From: Anthoceros angustus
Lineage: Eukaryota; Plantae; Anthocerotophyta
DNA: 64,000 nt
Assembly: GCA_010909165.1 (NCBI GenBank)
Contig: MU008155.1
Location: 1 to 64,000 of the forward strand
Direction of reading: 5' to 3'
Made by a program: the position numbers and the translations under genes. Below are positions 25,972-36,399 of this stretch, in pieces. The notes under the pieces were generated by a model, which was not told the DNA's origin, did no database searches, and saw nothing but the letters and a program-made list of their open reading frames with translations. Each line of letters opens with the position of its first letter. The first letter of the stretch is position 1.

Positions 25972-26550
25972 TCAAGGGACTGGGAAGGCTTTTCCCCGAC
26001 ACATGCACCTGTATGAAGAAGGACATGCCAGGGAGTCAGGATCCCTGGTTTGGTCCTGCTGACTATCACCGACCTCACACTTGTAGCTCACGGTGACGAT
26101 TTTGCAGGGCATGCAGGGACCGCACGCGCGAGTGCAGTCCGGCAGAGCCGATCCCGTCAGGACCCGTCTGGCCTGGTTCACGGACCTTTTCAAACTGTTG
26201 AACGCTTTTGTCTTGTTTCCGGCTCCTTCACCAGTAACCAAAGTGAGCTGGGCTCGTGGGCCTGAGGCTGAATGCCGCAGATGGATTAACTTCGAGTGCC
26301 TGATTGCGGGACGAGAGCCTGCATTTTCGATCAAACATTTACGTAAGCGTGAAATGGAGAAGCTCCAGTCCGACTCCAAAGCACGGGGATCCGGCCTAAG
26401 TCGTGACTTACCGGATGACGCGAGGCGCGATCCTTGAGAGACTGGCAATTGCGAGGCCGCGAACAAGCTTAAGACGATGAACAATGCGGTGCACAGGGTG
26501 CCATCTCTAGACGTGGACGACGTCCTCGATAGAGATACCGGTAGAGCCAT
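25972..26550 (-). CDS. EPF: EPF1/EPF2-like secreted cysteine-rich peptide precursor
   Basis: Hydrophobic signal segment and a mature domain TGSALPDCTRACGPCMPCK...C...CPSSYRCMCRGKAFPVP with 8 Cys. First ATG at 26550; intronless reading frame. Confidence 0.9.
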   Translation of the reverse strand: MALPVSLSRTSSTSRDGTLCTALFIVLSLFAASQLPVSQGSRLASSGKSRLRPDPRALESDWSFSISRLRKCLIENAGSRPAIRHSKLIHLRHSASGPRAQLTLVTGEGAGNKTKAFNSLKRSVNQARRVLTGSALPDCTRACGPCMPCKIVTVSYKCEVGDSQQDQTRDPDSLACPSSYRCMCRGKAFPVP

Positions 26551-27200
26551 CTCCGGATTCAGACCAGCTGCAGGTCCACCCCGGGTGTCGGATCGAGCTG
26601 GAGTCTGTGGCAAGCTGGCAATGCAGACTGTCCAAGAGCTTGAAGGCGATCGATGTTTGTGGGCTTGACAGCAGTAACTGTTGTTTCAGGAGCACAGATG
26701 CAGGAGACAAGGCTTAAATCATGGGACGCTCTGGCCTTCTGCAGCGGCGTAAGATCACGAGTAGGAGCTCAGTCTGGCAGAGATACCGCGTGTTACACAC
26801 CCAGTTTGCCATTGCATCATGCAAAGTTCGTGCTAATTGTGCCGGCCATCAAGGGCTAACTTCACCAAAATGAATGAGCGTCACGGAACCCATGGTTGGC
26901 TGGCCGGCCTGGCGTGGCCCCATCTTCTTTCCCGTGATTATTGATTCATCCGACTCCCGTCCCCACACTAGTTGTAGTTTCGCCATTCGCAAGGTAAAAG
27001 CAACGACTGGGCAGGGGAAGAAGATAGGGATGAGATGATTCAATGATCCGAAGGGCGTGAGCCGGGGAGTACAGTACAATGCTGTCATCAGCCGCAGCTG
27101 ATCCGCATCATCGCTGTCCTGAGTATTTGGACCCTGGTCGCTCCAGCTATTCCAATCCTCGTCGGTTCGTTCGTTCATTCATTCATCGGAATCGGATCCC

Positions 27201-28101
27201 ATGGCCTGTGTGCACTTTGGCAACGGGTCCCTGAGGCTGAGGCTCTCCCATGGCCTGGCCCGCACAGCAGGCTCTGCCGCCGCTCCCGCTACTGCCTCGC
27301 GGCCCCTGCCCCTGCCCCTGCCCCTGTCCCTGTCCCTGTCCTTGCCCCTAGGTCTGAGTACACTCCGCTCCCCTTCGGATGTCCCCGTCCACCTGCTTTC
27401 AAGCAAGAGGCGCCGCTTTGTGAGCTGCGCCGCTACTGGCCTGGAAGACGCACCAACTGACGGCAATGTCATCACTGTTGAAGACTGTGAGTCCTTCAAC
27501 CCCCGCGCTTGTGTTGCACACAGTCTAACAGCGTTGCTCCCATGGATTGGAATGTAATGGCAGCAGCTGCTGCTGCTGCGTGTTTGGTTAACAGCAGAGA
27601 CCATGGAGAAGTATATTGCGGAGTCGGGAGACAAGCTGGTGAGCTCTGCCCTGCCTCTCGAGCTTTTGCCGCCCGCTTATTACTGCCAGTGCCTTATGCT
27701 TGTCAGACATTGACGTTGGCGCCTTGTTGTGAAGATCGTTGTGGATGTGTCCACCAAAACATGCGGGCCTTGCAGAATTGTTTATCCAAAGTTTGTCCAG
27801 ATGAGCACCGAGTATCCCGATGCTATCTTCCTCAAAATCAATGGAGATTTCAACAACGACACACGAGTAATTGCCTTTCATAACTTGTAGATAGGGCTCG
27901 TCTTGCCACGCAGAATACTGTCCTGACATAGTTGTGCACATTGCACAGGCGTTGATGCGGAAATGGGGTGTGAGATCAGTACCCAACTTCCGGATCTTCC
28001 GAAATGGAGTGCTGGTCCACTCACATGTGGGTGCCAAGGAGGATGAATTGCTAGCCAACTTCCTGGTCCATTATGTAGAAACTTTAGCTGTCGAAACTTA
28101 A
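27201..28101 (+). CDS. Plastid thioredoxin, Trx-f/CDSP32-like, atypical TCGPC active site, 4 exons
   Basis: Ser/Arg/Ala-rich transit peptide, then IVVDVSTKTCGPCRIVYPKF...FLKINGD and VRSVPNFRIFRNG...VGAK. GT-AG introns; stop TAA at 28099-28101. Confidence 0.85.
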
Positions 28102-28396
28102 AACGCCATGCATCATAGGTTCCTGTCCCAGCCAGGATGTCTGCTTTCAAACACCTCCGGTTTTGTCTCCGCTGAGAGGAACACAGTATACATTACGATA
28201 ACCCCGAAATCCACGTTCCAAGACGGCCCATTCGGGAACCTATAACAACTCCAGGAGCTGACACAACTCACTTGACACTCCGCATCTCCTCAACCAGGGG
28301 TCCAAGGGACGATGTCAACTCCAGAAGCCCACGGATCCACGATAAGAGACTGGAGCACGACGAGATTTCAATGAACCATTACCGAGTCGATGATAA

Positions 28397-30314
28397 TCAA
28401 CGCATTTCGATGTCACCCTCTGCATCTGACGATTCCACGGCTGCCAAAAGATCGTGGAACGTCAAAGGTGCATGCCTGGCAGCGTATTGAAACATGATCT
28501 GCAAAAACGTCGAATACAACAGACATTAATTCACAGAGCATTTGACATGGACACAAGTTCCCCCACAACTGAAGCAACACTCCAATGCTCGTACCTTAGT
28601 GCAGCTATCAGCATATGGCCGTTGTCTACCTGCTGGCCCTAGATAGCTTATGCTAGCTGCCCAGGGTTTCCCATCAATTATACTCAGTCCTTCATCCCCA
28701 ATAGCAAAGCGAAGGAACATCCCGGGTCTCAAGAATCTCGCATTCTGCTGCGAGTATGACTTGTCAGCATAGAAACGAACATCTACCGGGGGGAGTAAGC
28801 AAAATAGAAATGGATCGAAAGGCAGCTGGCTAGACTGAGCACCTGATCTAAAAACTCCTTGGGCAGCGAGGCAATCACCACGGGTGGTTCATCCCCTGTA
28901 GCAACAGTCCCATCATGCTGCAACTCGAGCACAACCTACACTGCCTAACAGTGGTTAGAAGCCATACAATTTGCCGTGTGCAACTAACCTACTAACATAC
29001 TGCCAAATTACGATGCTGGGTTTTGAGGAAAATGAGAGCACAATTTTAATGGACTTACACACCTGCTGTTGTGATGGAATATTGCCGTTGCTATCCGTGT
29101 CATAGAGATACTGACAGCAATTGGCATCCTTCCAAGAGAGGGCAAGGGGGGTGAGCCCTAAAGCATACTGGGCATGTCTGCAGCATCTCTGGTCAGTGTG
29201 ACACAAGGGAAGGTCGAGAAGTGGGAATAGCTTTCACTTGGAACACAAAAAATAACACAACACAGAGCAGCGTACCTGTTGTAGAATACTAGTCCCTCCC
29301 GCTTAAACGGAAGAATACCAGCATATGCAGCTTGGAGTCCTGCTGAATTGCACTCAAATACAGGGACCTGTCTGAACCTAAATCGGTGGCATGAAGTTGG
29401 TGGGTCGCATGCGCCTGTCTCTACCAGTTTGGAAGACATCCAGAAAAATCTGAAGTCGACGGTGCAGTCATAGAATGCGTAGCCACGCCAGCACACCAAG
29501 TCCAGGATGTAGTAGGTCTCGTCGGGCTGAAGTGAACAGGCTGACGTAAGCAAATAGCTCAAGAATGCTCAAAATGCAGCATATCAGTTCAACATCACAA
29601 GTTGTAAACCTGGAAAGCTAATGATCAGCAGAAGGCGATGATGATTGACCTCGTGGAACACACAATCAAGGATGCAGAAGACATTATACGGCGCAGAAAC
29701 ATCCACATTCCTCGCACCATTGGGAAGAGCCGACGGAAAGGAGTGCAGAATGCGACCATTACGAAGTCTGCTGACTGTTCGGCCATTTGCTGACACCACT
29801 AAGCATCGCTTGCCGGCTGGTCTTGCCACAACATACCTACAAAGTAAACACCACCGGCGGCAAGCTCCTTCAGCAAAGAGAGAAGAAGAGATAGCAAAAT
29901 CAACACACAATCCTACCAGTCTTTTTTCAGGTGTGGAGGAATATCGATCATCCACTCCGGTAGCATAAACTGCTGTGACCACCACTGTTTAGCTTCGGCA
30001 CCATGCAGTCTGGCTGCCTCGGGAAAGCCTAAATTGTGATGAGAGGAGCTCTCCTCCCCTGCAGTCCCATCCACGCCATCAGGCCGGAGCACAGACTTAT
30101 CCTCACCCTCATCCACATCCTCTTGTACCGGGGCAACATCCTCAGCTGACTCAGCAGAGCCTTGGAATCTAGCAATCTGGCGTGCACGCTGCTGGAAATC
30201 CCAACGCGCCTGCTTCTGGCGTTCCAACGCAACCTCTCGCCGCCGCTGCTGATCCGAGACGACACGTTTGTGCACCCTGACGATCCTACTGGTCTGATCG
30301 ATCCCTCCCGCCAT
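28397..30314 (-). CDS. SPN1: Snurportin-1 (m3G-cap receptor), 7 exons
   Basis: SDQQRRREVALERQK (IBB-like), QFMLPEWMIDIP, RPAGKRCLVVS, CILDCVFHE, YYILDLVCWRG..YDC..FRFFW and IMFQY. Confidence 0.92.
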
Positions 30315-30739
30315 GCTTGCCGGCACATGATACAAAAACTGGCCGTAGAAAGCCACATGCCTAGCTTTTAGTTCATCCACAAAATCCCGCGAGACTGGAA
30401 ACTTACGTGCCGTATATACATTAACCATTAACCCGAGAACGGCGAATGGGGTTTTGGGTAGTTTTGGGCGGATTATGGTTTTTAATCGATAAATAATTGA
30501 GGGAAAATCTGATTGGGCTGTTCTGAGCACCACAACTACGAGGATGCCCGCTTGTATAGACTCATGTTCCCGCAAAGAAAACGACCCATCTTCTTGGGGC
30601 TGATGTTTTTCGATAGCTCACGTGAGCATATGGCATTCAGGTACGAGCTCATAAACGAGACAAAGCATCTTTGCTCGGTTGCTTTAGTGGACCTCAAATC
30701 GCGTGGAGCAAACTTTATGCCCGGTTCCGTCTATGGACT

Positions 30740-31110
30740 TGAAATCGTCACTTGTTTAGTAATCCGGGATGTTTGCATCTTGGAGGCCTTCATCTCGGGC
30801 GTTCAGAAAAGGGCTTTCCCTTTGCAGGCTTCCCTTAAGTTGGCCAGGGACTCCCTTTCCTCCGAGGCTAGGGCGGCCATGCCTCCCTTTTGCTCGTTTT
30901 TCGTAGAAGGGCTACGTGGCCTTCAGGCCTCTCTCCAGGAGAAGCAGTATGGGCAGGCGCAGCGGGCAATCCTTCTGGACTCTACTATTCCCCGGTCTGT
31001 TCATGCCTGCATCCGCTCTTGCTCGAGGAAGGGAGTAGGCTCCTGGCTTCTAGCTTGGCCTTGCATCCAGGCGTTCTGAATCGCACTCGCTTCTTTTTCT
31101 ATTGCGATGC
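30740..31110 (+). mobile_element. CRE-like (RLE) non-LTR retrotransposon fragment, left part
   Basis: HACIRSCSRKGVGSWLLAWP...FSIAM resembles the region between RT and the zinc finger; in-frame stop present. Confidence 0.6.
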
Positions 31111-31341
31111 CAGCATGCCCCAACTAGTTTACAGTAGGGGGTTTACCAACCCGTCTTCTAACCTAGGGCTCAGCATATCAATATGCTTATCTAGTATGCC
31201 ACCTTAAATGGTAATAAACTAGTTACTCTTGACTTAAAAAAAAGAGAACTTTCTACACTAGCATCTTCTACTAAATATCTATTCTAGGGTATTCTATAAA
31301 TATTATCAATTGGATCAACATTCACACATTCTTACCTTAAG

Positions 31342-31884
31342 TTGCTTGTCTTTCATGGTAGCATGGTCGAGCTCCAAGGCCAAATAGAAGCGGCCCAGGC
31401 TACAAGGCGGAAGGCGGAAAACCTCGTAAGAATCGAGGAGGAGAAGCACCGAACGGCAGAATGGGAGGCTAGGTCTGCTCTACAAGTTCAAGCCAGGGTG
31501 CTTCAGCTATGTGAACAACTAAAGCAGGCACAAGAGGCCCAAGCCCGGGCAGAGGCCTTGAGCCAAGAGCTGGAGAAGGCATAGCACGCAATGGAGAAGG
31601 CACGGGCGATGAAGGATGTCGTGAGGCAACCAGCGGAAGAAGCTTGAGAGGCAGCGGAGTCCGCCCGGCAGGAAGAGCGACAAGCCTTGGAGTCCCAACT
31701 TAAGGAAGTGAGGAACGCGGAGGCAAGAGCCAAGACGGACCGGGAACATTACCGCCGGGACTAGAATCGGTGGAGGGAGGCGGTCGGAGTAACCACAACC
31801 CGGTTGAGGGAGTGAGAGCAGGAGGTCGCCAACCTGAAGGGAGACCAGGCATCCTGGGAGCAAGCTCGGGACAATAACAATCAT
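31342..31884 (+). pseudogene. Decayed TE-derived coiled-coil ORF fragment
   Basis: E/A/R/Q-rich heptads interrupted by several stop codons, inside the TE mosaic. Confidence 0.45.
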
Positions 31885-32566
31885 GTGCTATTTACCAGAA
31901 CAGACCGCCAAGTGATAGATGCATTTAAGCACCGCAAGGTACTTGCCTATGGGTCATCTGACCATGACCTATTCCGTCTCCACACACAAAGTGGAGCAGT
32001 GGAGTCCCACTTGAGACAGTGATGTCTCCCATGTGACTGCACAATAGATTGCCAAAGCTAAGTTATGGCATTCATGATTAGGTCACCCACATATGGCTAA
32101 TTTGCAGAAATTAGCTATTAGTGATTTTACCAGGATGGAAAGATTGGCCCCTTAAGCGTTATCCCACTTTGTGAGTCTTGTGTCTTTCTAAGAGGCACCA
32201 AGCAGCCTTCAAGAATCAGACTCCACATCGTGCTAATGACCTTCTTGAGCTAGTGCACATCGACCTATGTGGCCCTCTTTCACAAAAGTCTATAGGTGGT
32301 GGGAAGTATTTCCTGACCTTCACACATGATAATAGCAGATTTGTCACTTCCTACATTATGAAGACTAAAAGTGAGTGTTTCTCCTACTTCAAGAAATACA
32401 TCAAATATGTTGAAAGATGGACAGGCAAACAACTCAAGACACTTAGGTCTGATAACAGTGGAGAATTCACTTAAAAAGAATTCCAGGCTTACTGCAAGGA
32501 CGAAGGCATTGGACGTCAGCTCACTGTCGTCTATACTCCATAACAAAACGGAGTTGCAGAACAGTA
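31885..32566 (+). mobile_element. Copia GAG-pre-integrase/integrase remnant
   Basis: LWHS*LGHP, CESC, LELVHIDLCGP, LKTLRSDNSGEF and YTP*QNGVAE. Confidence 0.85.
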
Positions 32567-32880
32567 GATTTCGCCTGGGTTTGGTCCAACATCTGGCCTA
32601 TTCTCTCTCAACTTGCAGCTGTGGGGCCCCCCTCGACGACTGAGGGTTCCACCTGGCTCGCTATCCAATTGGAGGGCAACGTATCACTATGCATGATACC
32701 ATTTGCGACGTCATGTTCTCGATGGCCCCTTGAAGGAGAGCGGTTATTTTCCATACAAGGAGTGTCCATATACCCTGCACAATGGGGTGTCGCTCAGGAC
32801 GGATCTATTTCTGAGTCTGGGGGACCAAATCTCTGTTGCGGATGTCATCATAATGGACCCTTGTCATGAAAAACAAGCAG
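32567..32880 (+). mobile_element. CRE-like non-LTR fragment, right part (zinc finger and RLE endonuclease)
   Basis: RFRLGL..TCSCGAPLDD*GFHL..GGQRITMHD..RTDLFL..VADVIIMDP. Continues directly from the left part at 31110. Confidence 0.65.
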
Positions 32881-32892
32881 CTCAAGCTGGGA

Positions 32893-33099
32893 CATACTCG
32901 GGAGAGCCCCAACCTCAACCATACTCGGGACAGTCCCAGCAATGAGCATACTCAGGACAGTCCCAGCAGTGAGTATACTTAGGACAGTCCTGGTAGCAAG
33001 TATACTTGGGACAGTCCCAGCAGCGAGTATATCTGGGATAGTCTAAGCAGCAAACATACTCGGGACAATCCCCATCTCAGCCATACTCGGGACAGTCCC
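32893..33099 (+). repeat. 27-bp minisatellite, 8 copies (CATACTCGGGACAGTCCCAGCAGTGAG)
   Basis: Directly visible units; they translate as xYSGQSQQ nonapeptides. Confidence 0.9.
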
Positions 33100-33491
33100 G
33101 CCTACAATCGAACGACAGACTACTCAAGGTAAGAAGATGTGTTGTTCCAATTGATCATATCAGTAGAACATTCTAGCATGGATATTTGGGAGAAGATGCT
33201 AGTATAGAATTTCCTTTTCTTTTTTTTTTTCTTAAGATACAAGTAAAGTAATCAGCTTATTACTAAATAAGCATGATAGTGCTAGGCAGCTAGGTTAGAA
33301 ATAGACACTTAGCTGTAGATGTGAAACGGATCCGGTCTAAACCCTAAACGTTGCTGCTGCTCAATGTGGGAAGAGAAGGCACCAAGGGCGTGCGCTGCTG
33401 TTTGCTTCGTGATACGAACAGCAACTGAGAGATGGACTGGTTGAAGCGTGGAGGCGATGGTGCACGCCAGCATGAGAACCGCGAGGAGGGC

Positions 33492-36383
33492 TTGGAGCTA
33501 ACACGATATCTTTCGAAGGGGGTGAATATCCGAACCCCCTTCTGTGACATGGAAACCCTCTTAGCACATTCCACACAGTCCGAAATATGCGTTTTGCCTC
33601 GTTTTCAAGAAAGGTCGACCGTTTTCCAACGAGTAGTTATCATGAAAACCCGTTTCCAACACACAAAGACAACAAATCAAGGCGCGTAGGCCGGCGCCGC
33701 TATTTTAAGGAAGAGGGAAAATGAGATCATCAATTGCCTCACTACAGCAGGGTCCAAAAGTTATTACGAACACGAAGAAGCACATCTAGGTGCCTACAAA
33801 ACCGTAAACCTACTCTCTCGACTAACATGACTCATCGGGTGCTAGAGCGGACTCGAATCCATCACGATGACCAAATTTGAATCCGCTCCAGTTCCGTTTA
33901 TCAAAGCTATCGTTCTACTTCAAAGCCCTTGAGTCTTCGTTCGGTCCTCCCGGTTTGGTCTTGACCCGGAGCATTCAAAGAAACCACTGCGCTTTCAAAG
34001 AGTCCTTCTCGTTGATACACACCTCCTTTGCCCAGTGCAAGCCCTCTCACGGTGGGCCTCTAATGTCAATTCTTAAGATCGGCAAAACCTCATACCCATG
34101 GATCCGTTGTGGAATATATCTGCACACCTCAAGTCGGCCTCAATAGAGGGCATGCTAGCGCCCTTAAATGGCCGTGCCCATGCGCCCATGAGAACCGCGA
34201 GGCTTGGAGCTAACACGATATCTTTCGAAGGGGTGAATATCAACCCCTTCGTGACATGGAAACCCTCTTAGCACATTCCACAGTCCGAAATATGCGTTTT
34301 GCCTCGTTTTCAAGAAAGGTCGACCGTTTTCCAACGAGTAGTTATCATGAAAACCCGTTTCCAACACACAAAGACAACAAATCAAGGAAGGCGCTACCGG
34401 CCTTCGCTGTTTTGAAGAGGGAAAATGAGATCATCAATTGCCTCACTACAACGGGTCCAAAAGTTATTACGAACACAGAGAAGAAGCACATCTAGGTGCC
34501 TACAGAACCGTAAACCTACTCTCTATGACTAACTTGTGACTCATCGGGTGCTAGAGCGGACTCCGAATCCATCACGATGACCAAATTTCGAATCCGCTCC
34601 AGTTCCCGTTCATCAAAGCTATCGTTCTCGCCCAAAGCCCTTGAGTCTTCGTTCAGTCCTCCCCAGTTTTGGTCTTCAGCCGACGAGCATTCAAAGAAAC
34701 CACCTGCGCTTTCAAAGAGTCCTTCTCGTTGATACACACCTCCTTTGCCAGTGCGCAAGCCCTCACGGTGGGCCTCTAATGTCAATTCTTAAGATCGGCA
34801 AAACCTCATACCCATGGATCCGTTGTGGAATATATGCTGCACACCTCAAGTCAGCCTCAATAGAGGGGCATGCTAGCGCCCTTAAATGGCCGTGCCCATG
34901 CGCCCATAAAATCAACAAGAAGTTTTTCATGCCTCTATAGGACCCGAACCCATGACCTATTCATGCTCATATTGTTTCCAAACCACTTGAGTAACTATAC
35001 TAGGCACATTAGAAGCACTAATTATTTAGTTTATCAATGGCAGCCCATGGTACAAGGCTTGCTGGGAAGAAGGCCGCGGCCCATGTACAAACTTGTTGGG
35101 GAAGGCGCCCGCCGCTCTTTATGGATATATTGAAACTCCTCTCATGCCATGGTTGCACACATTTTCAAAACACCTATGGACCTATTTTCATTCATTCATT
35201 CAAATCTTTGCTATGTGACTTTGTTCTCGAAGAATATATGGGCATGTTCAGTACCCAAAAGCGTGAAGCATAGCATTACTTTGAGATCGTGAAATAGACG
35301 TGTGTAAGTAGAGGTTTTGTTCACCAAAAGCGGTCATCCTCTATTATGAGTTCAACTTGACGGAAACATTTGTACTGTGGATAAGAAGGCAATCAAGAAT
35401 AACTTAATTGAATTGCGAGGCTTTATTCAACGTGAGTCAAAGTGCCACCGAGGATAGTGAAGATGATGGTCATGATGTCGTGCCCAACGAAGATGATGGC
35501 GTGGAGTCTCAGAATAGGAAACCCTCAATGTTAGGTCATCTTCAACGGCAATTGGTGAGGTTATGCGTGAAGCTCAATTCACAGTAGTTTGGAGTGCACA
35601 TTTCCAAGCGCATATTTATTCGAAAGAGTCTAGGCCCATGATAGGAATTTGGTTGTGGGTATTCTCTGTGTGCCGTTGTAGACTTCCCATGCTTAATAAC
35701 TTCCAATGTTCAAGCCTTTTTCCATTACATGCGGAAGGACATGTGGGAGTGTGGTGGTAGTTGCGCTCGGCATTGCGGCATACTAACGGGCAACACACGA
35801 TGAGCCATGCGGCATGTTTTTCATGCGATATGTTGGCGGGAACCGGTTGCCCCACACTTTTCTTCATTCATCGATTGCGATGCGGATGAACCATGTGATT
35901 ATATTTGCGGGCACAATTGAGGGTGTGCGAAGCCACCCACCACCCCACACCCCAAAGTCTTTTGTACACACATCCGCTATGGGCTGCTACTCTCTCATGA
36001 GGCATCGCGCGGGAAAGGCGCCGGCCGGCGCCTACTCCTCGACATGCTTTGCTCCCGGCCATCGGGTTCGCCTCTCATCCAATTTTGATCACCGTGCTTT
36101 TACGAATCTTTAGGGTTGTTGTGCGAAAGACCCGCGATGGCAAAGAATGGCCCTTGTCATGGGTCTTAAATGCACCCCAAATAGGGTTACCTCTTGCACC
36201 ATAACCCTTTGTGGCATGAAATGGACCTTGTATCGGGTTGGCGAATTTCCACCCTCTTTTCTCGCCTTACATTCATTCATACCTCAAAACCACCAGTTCA
36301 AGACCCATGTCAAACCCCTTCAAGATATATTTGAAAACCCCTTCGTGAATATTCACCCCTTGAAAGATATCGTGTTACTCCTG
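33492..36383. mobile_element. Non-autonomous or decayed TIR DNA transposon, probably hAT
   Basis: About 35-bp TIR GGAG(C)TAACACGATATCTTTC(G)AAGGGG(G)TGAATAT at 33494-33529, inverted at 36349-36381. The right end reads CAGG inward. Flanking 8-mers AGGAGGGC/GGAAGAGC match 5/8. Confidence 0.6.
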
Positions 36384-36399
36384 GGAAGAGCAGGATACG

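Noticed and set aside
30315-30575. N-terminal extension of snurportin in the ORF track
   Set aside because: Homology starts at MAGG (30314); the upstream frame looks like promoter/5'UTR.
32893-33099. CRISPR-like regularly spaced palindromic repeats
   Set aside because: Units are contiguous 27-mers with no unique spacers, there are no cas genes, and the context is eukaryotic.
31156-33300. Mutator/Pack-MULE TIRs bounding a single element
   Set aside because: One repeat lies inside the insert that splits the CRE element and the other lies beyond the CRE; no TSD was found.
33338-33349. Telomere-like CTAAACCCTAAA
   Set aside because: Under two units; a common telo-box or chance match.
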